A stretch of 64,000 bases of DNA, from the NCBI GenBank assembly GCA_963716255.1, contig OY970303.1, positions 7,648,001 to 7,712,000 of the forward strand, in the 5' to 3' direction. Positions 27,601 to 41,444 of the stretch are shown in pieces; position 1 is the stretch's first letter; the number at the start of each line of letters is the position of its first letter. Origin of the DNA: an uncultured Gemmatimonadales bacterium (GTDB taxonomy: Bacteria > Gemmatimonadota > Gemmatimonadetes > Longimicrobiales > Longimicrobiaceae). A model generated the notes under the pieces. That model was not told the origin of the DNA. It did no database searches and worked only from the letters and a program-made list of their open reading frames with translations. Position numbers and translations under genes: made by a program.

Positions 27601-30425
27601 CGCCGGAGCGCTACGAGCGGCGCCGCGAGGCGATGTTCGAGGGGATCGAGGAGGTGCGCCGCCTGTGGCGCGGGGGGACGACGGAGCGCGTGGGGGGGAG
27701 CGGGGCCACGGTGCGGGTGGGGACGCTGCCGCGGCCGGTGCAGCCGGAGCTCCCCGTGTGGGTGACGGCGGCGGGAAGCCCGGACACCTTTTTCCAGGCC
27801 GGGAGGATCGGCGCCCACCTGCTCACGCACCTGCTTGGGCAGAGCGTGGAGGAGCTGGCGGAGCGGGTCCGCGCCTACCGCGAGGGCCGCCGCGAGGGGG
27901 GGCACGACCCGGAGTCGGGACGCGTCGCGCTGATGCTGCACACCTTCGTGGGCGACGACGACGCGGAGGTGCGGGCGGCGGTGCGCGGCCCCTTCCGCGA
28001 GTACCTGCGCACCTCGTTCGACCTGGTGCTGCGGATGGCCGGGCGCGCCGCGGCCGACCCGTCCTCGCTGTCGCCCGCGGACGTGGAAACGATGCTGGAC
28101 TCCGCCTTCGAGCGCTTCTACCGCACCAGCGGGCTGATGGGGACGCCGGACGCCTGCCTGGCGACGGTGCGCCGGGTGCGGGCCGCCGGGGTGGACGAGG
28201 TCGCCTGCCTGGTGGACTTCGGGGTGGACGACGACCGGGTGCTGGCGAGCCTGGACCGGCTGCGCGGCGTGATGGAGGCGGACCGCGCCGCGCCCGCCCC
28301 ACCCGCGCGCGACGAGCCCCCGCTCGCCGACCAGCTCCGCGCCGAGGGCGTCACCCACCTGCAGTGCACCCCGTCGCTGGCGGGGATGCTGGCGCGCGAC
28401 CCGGACACGCTCCGCGCCCTCGCCGCCCTGGAGTGCATCCTCCTGGGCGGGGAAACCCTCCCGCCGGCGCTGGCGGCGCGGCTCCGCGAGGCCGGCTCCG
28501 CGCGCATCCTCAACCTGTACGGCCCCACCGAGGCCACGGTGTGGGCCACGGCGCACGAGGTGGAGGACGCGGCCGGGTCGGTCCCCATCGGGCGGCCGCT
28601 CGCCGGCACGCGCGCGTACGTGGTGGACGCGCGGCTGCACCCGGTGCCGGTGGGCGTGGAGGGGGAGCTGCTGCTCGCCGGGGCGGGAACGGCGCGCGGC
28701 TACCTGGGGCGCGCGGAGCTGACGGCCGAGCGCTTCGTCCCCGACCCGTTCGCGGCGGACGCGCACGGCGGGGCGCGGGCGTACCGCACCGGCGACCGGG
28801 CCCGCAGGCGCGCGGACGGGACGCTGGAGTTCCTGGGCCGCGCCGACCGGCAGCTCAAGGTGCGCGGCTTCCGCATCGAGCCGGGGGAGGTGGAGGCCGC
28901 GCTGGACGCGCACCCCGGCGTGCGCGAGAGCGCGGTGGAAGCGGTGGAGGACGGGGCCACCGGGGAGTGGCGTCTGACTGCGTACGTGGTCCCCGCCGCC
29001 GGCGGGGGGGGGGCGCTGCTCGCCCCGGCGCCGGACGAGCGGGAGCGCATCCTCGCCGGCCGCCCGCGCTTCACCCTGCCGGACGGAACCGTGGTGGCGC
29101 ACCAGCGGGACGCCGTCACCCGCGGGCTGTACCACGAGATCTTCGAGGACCAGGTCTACCTGCGCCACGGGATCGAGCTGGAGGCGGGGGCGCAGGTGGT
29201 GGACGTGGGCTCCAACATCGGCATGTTCACCCTGTTCGCCCACACGCGGGCGCCGGGCGTCCGCACCTGGTCGTTCGAGCCCATCCCCGACACCTTCGCC
29301 GCGCTGCGCGCCAACACCGCGCTGTACGGGCTGGACGCGCGGGTGTTCGACGTGGGGCTGGCGGACGCGGAGGGGACGGCGGAGTTCACCTTCTACCCGG
29401 GCTCCTCCGGCCTCTCGGGCCGCTACGCCGACGTGGCGCGCGACCGCGAGACGGTCCGCTCCGCCATCCGCAGCTGGGCGCGCGAGGCGGGCGGGAGCGA
29501 CCCCGGCGCGGGCGAGGTGGACGCCTTCCTGGACGACCGCTTCCGCGCGGAAACCTTTGTCCGGCCCCTGCGGACCCTTTCGGCGGTGATCCGGGAGGAG
29601 GGGATCGAGCGCATCGACCTGCTCAAGGTGGACGTGGAAAAGAGCGAGTACGACGTGCTCCGCGGGATCGAGGACGAGCACTGGCCGCGGATCCGCCAGG
29701 TGGCGATGGAGGTGGACACGGACGCGCTGCTGGAGCGGGTGAGGGCGCTCCTGGAGCGGCACGGCTTCGAGCTGCTGGTGGACCGCCAGCCCATCGTGGC
29801 GGAGGACCCGGAGGGGGAGTACGTGTACATGCTGTACGGCAAGAGGGCGGGGGACGGGGCGCCGCTGCGCCGCACCACGCCCGGCGCCCCCGCCGCGAGG
29901 GCGGCGCCGCCGGCCGCGGCGGAGCTGCGGGCGTACCTCGCGGGGCGCCTCCCGGACTACATGGTGCCCTCGCACTTCGTGGAGCTGGAGCGGATGCCGC
30001 GCACCCCCGGCGGCAAGACCGACCGCGCGGCGCTCCCGCGCGCCGGGGCGCCGCTCCCCGCGGCGGAGGCGGCCGGGTACGCCGCGCCGCGCAACGCGCT
30101 GGAGCGGACCATCGCCGAGGTGTGGCGGGGGGTGCTGGGGGTGGAGCGGGTGGGGATCCGCGACAACTTCTTCGAACTGGGGGGAACGTCGGTGGGGCTT
30201 GCGGCGGTGCACCAGGCGCTCTCGGAGCGGCTGGACCGGCCGGTCGCGGTGGTGGAGCTGTTCCGCCACTCCACGGTGGCCGCGCTGGCGGAGCACCTGT
30301 CCGCGGCCGGCGGGGAGGCCGCGCCGGCGCACGCCGGGGCGCACGACCGCGCGGAGCGCCAGCGCCGCGCCCGGGAGGCGCGCCGGCCGCAGCGCCCGGG
30401 CCGCTCCGGGGAGCCCCGCGGATGA
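18666..30425 (+). CDS. NRPS-3: C-A(Pro-like)-T-C-A-T-C-A(Gly)[luciferase-like monooxygenase + FkbM methyltransferase inserts]-T
   Basis: N-terminal C (YPLSPMQ, HHLLLDG); A codes DVHFQAHVVK, DVASNGLTYK, DILQLGLVWK; MOX insert (FSLFYF..VWTPERHFHAFGG..PNPSV) ~27250-28285; MT insert (VDVGSNIGMF..IDLLKVDVEKSE) ~29030-29850; final T GGTSV. Confidence 0.95.
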   Translation: MENVESVYPLSPMQLDILLRSLRAPELAEYAEQVCWTMRGDLDAPAFERAWGLLAERHPVLRTVFFWKGLDTPLQVVRGEVEIRVEAADWRGVPPEEVEARMDALARGERRGFDLEAAPLFRVACARTGEGEHRCVWTCHHLLLDGWSAGRALQEVFALYDALRGGEVPALAPAPPFQAYISWLQAQPTEPAEAFWRAALAGVGAAAPLDPGPLRDPGAAGNPGHAAAAIPAARLERLEETARRRQVTLNTLFQGAWALLLGRYRGDDDVVFGAVSAGRPAELPGAEAMLGVFVGSVPVRVRLRPEAEAAPWLREIQAGQARARRFDHFSVQQIQAWSGLPPGERLFDTLLVFQNYPLREVESARIGGLEVRDLRGVPADTALGHALMLEVDVRGEAGLSLAFDGDRWDAASAALALEHLRTILEGIAADPDARLCELPLLSAAERARVLEAWNATAAAYPDDACVHHRVAAQAARTPEAPAVVFEGGRLSYAELERRAARLAHFLAGRGVGPDVRVALCMERGPDQVVALLAVLQAGGCYVPLDPAYPRERLAHVLRDSGARVLLTEAHLAPALPPSGADTVVLDDVRDRLAAQPEHAPRTAVGPENLAYVVYTSGSTGTPKGVAMPHRPLVNLLAWQEGAWRGPRAARTLQFAALGFDVAFHEVFSTWTTGGALVLLREEERRDPDALLRRVEEAGVERLFLPWAALQQVAERAVERGVVPPRLREVQTAGEQLRVTPAIRAWMAALGAPLHNHYGPSETHVVTALALEGAPGGWPLLPAIGGGIANTRCFVLDAWMEPAPAGIPGELYVAGASLARGYLDRPWATFERFLPDPFSGQAGGRMYRTGDRVRWLADGTLEFLGRVDHQVKVRGFRVEPGEVEAALERHPGVREAVVHAREDEPGEKRLVGYVVPAEGARVRTAELREHLLASLPDYMVPGAFVVLERLPLTPSGKTDRRALPAPAPSGAAEHGYAAPRTPVQEVLAAAWAEVLGVERVGVEDDFFALGGHSLLAARVVSRVRDALGVELPLPAVFAAPTVAGLARRVEALLRDGDGAQAPPLAPVPRDGAPLPLSFAQQRLWFIHRLEPDSAAYNLPCALRVRGPLDPGALERALTGVAGRHEALRTRFPERGGVPVQLVEPARRVRLPRVDLAGLPGPAREAELSRLAEREARRPFDLAAGPLLRGAVVRLGEDDAAVLITVHHVVADGWSVGILVREVSALYAAHAGGGDARLPDLPVQYADFAAWQRARLSGETLERQLAFWRGELRGAPPLLELPADRPRPAAMDGAGRRVDFRVDAATAAGVRALARREGATPFMALLAAWQLLLARGSGQEDVVVGTPVAGRSHTELEGLIGFFVNTLPLRADLSGDPAFGELLRRVRARTLDAYAHQELPFDRLVEELAGGRSRAHAPLFQAVFALRPADVAEPRLGGAEVSAIPVAGVSAKFDLSLGLAEDADGALAGGLEYATALREPATAARMAGHYATLLAGIVADPGARAWTLPLMDAAERRRVLAEGHGPERAEAPECVHDLIAGQAKRTPDAPALAFRGDVLAYAELDRRANRLAHRLRAHGVGPEARVGVCLERTPELVVALLAVLRAGGAYVPLDPAYPRARLGAMVEDAGVALVLTSTMLAGLVPHVAAALALDAVDVGGEPEAAPESGVLPENLSHVIFTSGSTGRPRGVMIRHGAVAALLHWLRGAVSDEERSAVLFSTSVSFDVSVAELFGTLAWGGKLVLAENALELATLGEPVVLASMVPTAAAELLRSGGIPPAVRTLNLGGEPLPADLARGLYALGTVERVANLYGPTEDTTYSTYARVERGAGVVTLGRPLPGTRAYVLDAEMEPVPPGVAGELYLAGDGLARGYAGRPELTAERFLPDPFGSAGSRAYRVMDRVRRRPDGELEYLGRMDQQVKVRGFRIEPGEIEAALRAHPGVREAAAVARGDAASGVAGGRRLVAYVVPADGAAPVAAELRAHLREHVPEYMVPSAFVALDALPLTPGGKLDRLALPAPGDAPTASEVDGDAAPRGPVEELVAGIFAELLGVERVGARDDFFELGGHSLLAARVAARVREAAGVELPVGMLFEAPTAAELAARVEALRDASADAAPPPLVPVPRDDAALPLSAAQQRLWLQHQVAPASYNLAAALRLRGELSAEALRGALEAVVARHEVLRTRLFVEDGAPVQVVEPARTFALPAVDLAPFPAAEREAAVARYAAEEAARPFDLEAPPLLRASLLRLGPSEHVLLLTLHHVAADGWSEAVLVRELGAHYLARVSGREAALPPLALQYGDYAVWQRRVDAGGARQRKLESWSRALAGAPAALELPADRPRPPVQSFRGDTFRFHLDAPRAGALRALARREDCTLFMVLLAGFDAWLHRCTGQDDLVVGTPLAGRDHPALEPLIGCFINVLPVRVRVDAGEGFRALLRRVRSALLDAYPAGDVSFDRIVDAAGMPRDASRSPLVQVLFALQNTPLERLDLPGLAAERVEVAGRSSRYDLSVYLREEPDGALGALVEFAADLYDRGTVERWMRHFARLLDTLAADPERPVGDAELLDPAERDQLVRGWNAAEPALDSAATLPGLFAAQVRRTPDAVALVAGGERLTYAALERRAARIARRLAALGVGPEVRVGLLLERGAEMVAAMLGVLAAGGAYVPLDPEYPAERLAFMLADSGARVLVTQAGLEGRAGDFAGQIVALDGPPLPPAPSPASGEGEHDTSAGEGQEALPQNWGRVASLSEPGGGNSADASAPPALVLFPDNAAYVIYTSGSTGTPKGVVVTHASVAAFFAAMTERVGAEPGTWLAVTSIAFDISVLEILWTLSRGSRVVLRGPGPRAAAAAPAAAAADPRPGAPPTAFSLFYFAAGERASGRDGYRLLLEGARWADRSGFEAVWTPERHFHAFGGQYPNPSVTSAALATITERVRLRAGSVVLPLHDPIRVAEEWAVVDNLSDGRVEVSFASGWHADDFVLAPERYERRREAMFEGIEEVRRLWRGGTTERVGGSGATVRVGTLPRPVQPELPVWVTAAGSPDTFFQAGRIGAHLLTHLLGQSVEELAERVRAYREGRREGGHDPESGRVALMLHTFVGDDDAEVRAAVRGPFREYLRTSFDLVLRMAGRAAADPSSLSPADVETMLDSAFERFYRTSGLMGTPDACLATVRRVRAAGVDEVACLVDFGVDDDRVLASLDRLRGVMEADRAAPAPPARDEPPLADQLRAEGVTHLQCTPSLAGMLARDPDTLRALAALECILLGGETLPPALAARLREAGSARILNLYGPTEATVWATAHEVEDAAGSVPIGRPLAGTRAYVVDARLHPVPVGVEGELLLAGAGTARGYLGRAELTAERFVPDPFAADAHGGARAYRTGDRARRRADGTLEFLGRADRQLKVRGFRIEPGEVEAALDAHPGVRESAVEAVEDGATGEWRLTAYVVPAAGGGGALLAPAPDERERILAGRPRFTLPDGTVVAHQRDAVTRGLYHEIFEDQVYLRHGIELEAGAQVVDVGSNIGMFTLFAHTRAPGVRTWSFEPIPDTFAALRANTALYGLDARVFDVGLADAEGTAEFTFYPGSSGLSGRYADVARDRETVRSAIRSWAREAGGSDPGAGEVDAFLDDRFRAETFVRPLRTLSAVIREEGIERIDLLKVDVEKSEYDVLRGIEDEHWPRIRQVAMEVDTDALLERVRALLERHGFELLVDRQPIVAEDPEGEYVYMLYGKRAGDGAPLRRTTPGAPAARAAPPAAAELRAYLAGRLPDYMVPSHFVELERMPRTPGGKTDRAALPRAGAPLPAAEAAGYAAPRNALERTIAEVWRGVLGVERVGIRDNFFELGGTSVGLAAVHQALSERLDRPVAVVELFRHSTVAALAEHLSAAGGEAAPAHAGAHDRAERQRRAREARRPQRPGRSGEPRG
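26790..26939 (+). repeat. Palindromic repeat family B copy inserted in frame within the NRPS-3 A domain
   Basis: CCCCCTCCCCCCGGCCCCCTCCCCCGCAAGCGGGGAGGG..GCCCTCCCCCAGAACTGGGGGAGGGTGGCGAGCCTGAGCGAGCCGGGTGGGGGC closely matches intergenic 38634-38790. Confidence 0.9.
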
Positions 30426-31366
30426 GCCCGCTCCCGCCGGTACCCGAGGCCTTCCGGAATCGCACCCTGCGCCTGCCCAACGACTACGAGATCGTCTACC
30501 AGAGCAAGGCGGAGGCGCGCTACTTCTACCACGACATCTGGGAGAAGCGCGTGTACCTGCGCCACGGCTTCACGCTGGGGGACGGGGACTGCGTGTTCGA
30601 CGTGGGCGCCAACATCGGCCTGTTCACGATGTTCGTGCACGGCCTGGGTCACGCCGTCACCTCGTACTCCTTCGAGCCGGCGCCGCGCGTCTACGAGATC
30701 CTGCGCTTCAACGCGTCGCGCTACGCGCCCCGTGCCAAGCTGTTCAACTACGGGATCTCGGACCGGCCGGGAGAGGCGGAGTTCACCTTCTACCCCAACA
30801 GCCCGGGGATGTCGACGTTCCACCCGCGGCTGCAGGACGAGCGCGAAACGCTGCTGGCGATCATGGAGAACCAGCTGCGGGAGGGGATGGAGGGGATGGA
30901 GCGGGTGATGAGGCACGCGGACGACCTGCTGGAGGAACGCTTCCGCAGCGAGACCTTCCGCTGCTCTCTACGCCCGCTGTCCCAGGTCATCTACGAGAAC
31001 CGGGTGGAGCGCATCGACCTGCTCAAGGTGGACTGCCAGAAGAGCGAGATCCAGGTGCTGGAGGGGATCGAGGCGGCCGACTGGCCCAGGGTGCGCCAGG
31101 TGGTGCTGGAGGTGCACGACCTGGACGGCGCGCTGGCCCGCGTCGCCGGCCTGCTGGACGACCGCGGCTTCCAGGTTGTGACCGAGCAGGACGACATGTA
31201 CGAGGGCTCGCACCTGTACAACCTGTACGCGCGGCGCTCACGCGGCGCGGCGCCTTCCTCGTCCGGCGCCCCGTCCGCGGCGCAGCGCGCGCGCGAGCGC
31301 GCCGCCCAGCAGCGGGACGCCGGCCGCCAGCGCCGCGGCGGGAGGCCGGGGGAAAACGAGGGGTAG
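30422..31366 (+). CDS. Stand-alone FkbM family methyltransferase
   Basis: ATG overlaps the NRPS-3 stop; VFDVGANIGLF, SFEP, EFTFYP, IDLLKVDCQKSE, QVVLEVHD. Confidence 0.92.
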   Translation: MSPLPPVPEAFRNRTLRLPNDYEIVYQSKAEARYFYHDIWEKRVYLRHGFTLGDGDCVFDVGANIGLFTMFVHGLGHAVTSYSFEPAPRVYEILRFNASRYAPRAKLFNYGISDRPGEAEFTFYPNSPGMSTFHPRLQDERETLLAIMENQLREGMEGMERVMRHADDLLEERFRSETFRCSLRPLSQVIYENRVERIDLLKVDCQKSEIQVLEGIEAADWPRVRQVVLEVHDLDGALARVAGLLDDRGFQVVTEQDDMYEGSHLYNLYARRSRGAAPSSSGAPSAAQRARERAAQQRDAGRQRRGGRPGENEG

Positions 31367-31379
31367 GGTAGGGCGGCGG

Positions 31380-31423
31380 CCCTCACCCCCCGGCCCCCTC
31401 TCCCAATGCTGGGAAAGGGGGAG
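31380..31423 (+). repeat. Repeat family B, first-hairpin half copy
   Basis: CCCTCACCCCCCGGCCCCCTCTCCCAATGCTGGGAAAGGGGGAG matches 38636-38688. Confidence 0.75.
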
Positions 31424-31525
31424 AACGGCGGTGCGCTCCGGCGGGCTCCGGTGTTTAGGGTCGGCCGGGGGCACGCCCGAACCCAGCAGCAGCAATTCAA
31501 CTTGCTTCCCAAAGATCCAAGGCCG

Positions 31526-38449
<6,924 letters not shown>

Positions 38450-38470
38450 ACGGCTTTAAACAGCGGATTC

Positions 38471-38604
38471 GGGCGTGTCCCCGGCTGGCGCCGGGGTCGG
38501 GCTTCGGCTCCGTAAGCCCGCAAACAACGCGGGCTTACGGAGTCGAGCCCCGGCGGAAACTACCCCGCCGGGTCTCGCCCCTTCGGGCCGGAATCCCTCA
38601 CGCG
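38471..38604 (+). repeat. Structured repeat family A, copy 2
   Basis: GGGCGTGTCCCCGGCTGGCGCCGGGGTCGGGCTTCGGCTCCGTAAGCCCGC-AAACAAC-GCGGGCTTACGGAGTCGAGCCCC..ATCCCTCACGCG. Confidence 0.92.
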
Positions 38605-38633
38605 AGGGTGGCGCTGGCGTCCGCCGGTGCCGG

Positions 38634-38768
38634 CCCCCTCACCCCCCGGCCCCCTCTCCCACGAGGGGAGAGGGGGAGCACGACAACGACACATCGGCAG
38701 TCGAGGGTCAGGCAGCCCTCCCCCAGAATTGGGGGAGGGTGGCGAGCCTAAGCGAGCCGGGTGGGGGC
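38634..38768 (+). repeat. Palindromic repeat family B, full intergenic copy
   Basis: Two hairpins, CCCCCTCTCCC-ACGAG-GGGAGAGGGGG and CCCTCCCCCA-GAAT-TGGGGGAGGG, followed by GGCGAGCCTAAGCGAGCCGGGTGGGGGC. Confidence 0.88.
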
Positions 38769-38792
38769 CCCCGCGGACGCCAGCGCGAACCC

Positions 38793-38921
38793 CGCGTGAG
38801 GGATGCGAGCGCGAAGCGGCGAGACCCGCGGGCAGTTTCGCGGGGCTCGCCTCCGTTACGCAGCGTTGTTTGCTGCGTTACGGAGCCGCAGCCCGACCCC
38901 GGCGCAGCCGGGGGCACGTCC
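38793..38921 (-). repeat. Structured repeat family A, copy 3 (inverted relative to copy 2)
   Basis: Same scaffold, with stem variant CGCAGC-GTTGTTT-GCTGCG on the + strand. Confidence 0.88.
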
Positions 38922-38959
38922 TGACCATGCCGTAAAATCCGTCCTGACCGCACCCGCGA

Positions 38960-41152
38960 TCAGAGCCCGCCGCCCATCCGCAGGTGCACCCGCCACCCGC
39001 CCCCGCCGATCCCCCGCGCCACGTCCAGGCGCAGCAGGTTGTCGAACACCGAGATCCCCGCCCCCGCCCCCCGCAGCGGCCGCCCGCTCCAGAAGGCGTC
39101 GCGCTCACCCGCCCACCCCGCGTCGCCGAACACCGACAGCCGCATCGCCGGGCCCCCGCGGGTGAGCTCGCCGCGCGCCAGCCACAGGCTCTCGCCCCGC
39201 AGCGAGGCCGGGTCGTGGCCGCGCACGGTGGTCGCGCCGCCGATCTGCCAGGCGCGCTGCGCGGGCACGTCGCCCAGCCCGGCCCCGGCGGCCAGCGCCA
39301 CCCCGAAGCCCACGCCGCCCCACAGCGGCCGGTCGGCCGTCAGCCGCACGAGCGGGCGGGCGAAGGTCCGGTCGCCGGTCTCGCCGTGCAATTCCACCTC
39401 TGCGCCGGCGCGGAGCCGCGCGGGGTCGTCGCCGCGGGTGCCGCGCAGGCGGAGCGTGGCGCCCGCCTGGTCGATCTCTTCGGCGGCGAGGTTGGCGCGC
39501 GTCTCGAAGTCCCCGTCCACCAGGGCGCGCAGGCTCGCGTCCGAGCGCGTCCGCACCGCCTCCTGGCGCTCCGCGAAGAGCCGCAGCTCCCAGCTCCGGG
39601 GCCGCGCCGCGGGGGGCGAGAAGCGCAGCTCGGCGCCCGTGCCGCGGAAGTAGTCGTTTTCCTCCCGCCCCAGGAGCAGCGCGCTCGCGGAGCTGGCGAG
39701 GGAAAAGGGCTGCGACGCCACCTCCACCGCCTCCAGGCCGCGGTACGCCGCCGCCTCGGCCCGCAGCGAGGGGCCTGTGTGCGCCGCGGCGAGCCGCGCG
39801 CCCACCTCGCCGGTGGTGCCGGCGCGGAGCTCGCCGCGAAGCTCCGCCGGGCCCAGCGGGAGGACGGCCCGCCCTCCCAGCGACAGCCCCTCCACGCGGT
39901 TGTAGCGCACCAGCTCCGGGGTGAGCAGCTGCACGCCGGGGCGCGCGACGCTCCAGGGGACCCCGGGGATGCCGTCCAGCAGCCCGGCCAGCTCCCGCAG
40001 GTCGGCCTCGCCCACCGGCCCCTCGCCCTCGTCGTAGATGTCCGCGGGGAGCGCGGGGCTCGCGACCAGCTCGGCGGGCGAGGCCCGCGTCACCAGGAAC
40101 GTGCGGTCGCAGCCGCCGCCGCCGGCCGCGGCGGTGTCGCCCGCCGCGACGCGGGCGGCCGAGCGGGTCCACGCGGAGTCCCACGCGGCCGCGCCCGCGG
40201 AATCGCTCGCGCGCGGCGGGCCCGTGCCGATGGTGATGCTCCCGAAGGCGCGCGGGCGGCAGGGCCGCTCCGCCGCCGCGGCGAGCGCCGCGTCCGCGGG
40301 GGGCACGCCGGACAGGGTGTCGCCCAGTACGGTGTAGCCCTCGTAGCGGCGCTCGTAGGCGAGCGGGAAGCGGGTCCCGGCGACGCGCACCACGCCGCGC
40401 GCCACCACCGTGCGCGGCATCCACCAGCGCAGGTCCAGCAGCCCGTAGTCGATGGCGACGTGGTCCAGCTCGCTCGTCACCTCGGGCACGAGCACCGAGA
40501 CGCGCGAATCGCCGGCGCTGCGGGCGCGGCTCAGGCGGAACGCGGCCCGCACCACGGCGTGCGTCGCCGCGTCCACCCAGAAGGAGCCGTTGATCAGCCG
40601 CTCGTCCGCGCGGCGCGCGGCCACGCGCAGCTCCAGCAGGCGCACGCCGCGCCCGTCCGGGAGCCGGATCGCGGCGCTGTCGCCGCTGGAAAAGCGGTAG
40701 AACGCCTCGCTCCCCGGCGCCAGCGGGTGGCGGATGAAGGTGGAGTCGAAGCGGAGCAGCATCTCCGAGTCCACCGGGTCGAAGGCGAGCGACGGGACCG
40801 TCCCCGCCAGGTCCGGCGGGGGGAGCTGCGCCCCGGCGCGCATCAGCGGCTGCGCCTCGCGCGCGCCCAGGACGTCGATCCGCACGGTGTCGCGGGTCCA
40901 GGCGATGTGGGCCGCGGTCTCGCGCCGGAAGAGCAGCCGCTCGGCCCCGGCCACGGCCATGCGCGCGGAGAAGCGCTCGTGCGCCGTGACCTCGTACGCG
41001 GTGATGCGGGTGTCCACCACGGCGCGGCGGGCACGGGCGAGGCGCACCAGCTCGCGGGCGCGGGGGTCGCGGTACGCATCGGCGTGCGCGGCGTCCTGCG
41101 CCGCGGCGGGCAGGGCGCAGAGGAGCAGCGCGAGGACCAGGAGCGGGCGCAT
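38960..41152 (-). CDS. Secreted/outer-membrane hypothetical protein (possible C-terminal beta-barrel)
   Basis: Signal peptide MRPLLVLALLLCALPAAAQ; C-terminal amphipathic strands (RYNRVEGLSLG, VFGDAGW, LLRLDVAR); family not firmly recognised. Confidence 0.7.
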   Translation of the reverse strand: MRPLLVLALLLCALPAAAQDAAHADAYRDPRARELVRLARARRAVVDTRITAYEVTAHERFSARMAVAGAERLLFRRETAAHIAWTRDTVRIDVLGAREAQPLMRAGAQLPPPDLAGTVPSLAFDPVDSEMLLRFDSTFIRHPLAPGSEAFYRFSSGDSAAIRLPDGRGVRLLELRVAARRADERLINGSFWVDAATHAVVRAAFRLSRARSAGDSRVSVLVPEVTSELDHVAIDYGLLDLRWWMPRTVVARGVVRVAGTRFPLAYERRYEGYTVLGDTLSGVPPADAALAAAAERPCRPRAFGSITIGTGPPRASDSAGAAAWDSAWTRSAARVAAGDTAAAGGGGCDRTFLVTRASPAELVASPALPADIYDEGEGPVGEADLRELAGLLDGIPGVPWSVARPGVQLLTPELVRYNRVEGLSLGGRAVLPLGPAELRGELRAGTTGEVGARLAAAHTGPSLRAEAAAYRGLEAVEVASQPFSLASSASALLLGREENDYFRGTGAELRFSPPAARPRSWELRLFAERQEAVRTRSDASLRALVDGDFETRANLAAEEIDQAGATLRLRGTRGDDPARLRAGAEVELHGETGDRTFARPLVRLTADRPLWGGVGFGVALAAGAGLGDVPAQRAWQIGGATTVRGHDPASLRGESLWLARGELTRGGPAMRLSVFGDAGWAGERDAFWSGRPLRGAGAGISVFDNLLRLDVARGIGGGGWRVHLRMGGGL

Positions 41153-41444
41153 GGGCCGGAGGAGCGGAAGGGGCGGGGGTGGACGGCGTCGCACGGTGTA
41201 CTGCGGCGGGCGCGGCGGAGTTCCGGGCCGCCGGGCACGACGGGGGCCGGATCCCCCCACGGCGCTGCATCGCCGCTTCACTCCCGGCCGCGGTTGCCGA
41301 TACTTGCCGGGGGGCGGGGGCCATTCCTAAGATACGGCGAAGTTCGCATTCGGATCGCGGCTTTCAGGCAGCAGTCTGTGCCGGATGCGCGTCCGGCGGT
41401 TCCCTCCCCGAAGCTCATTCCTCCACACACCACCCCCGTCCCCA

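Noticed and set aside
38475..38935. Small ORFs across the repeat mosaic (also near 42440-42807 and 55607-55801)
   Set aside because: They are translations of the repeat sequences and recur wherever the repeat occurs.
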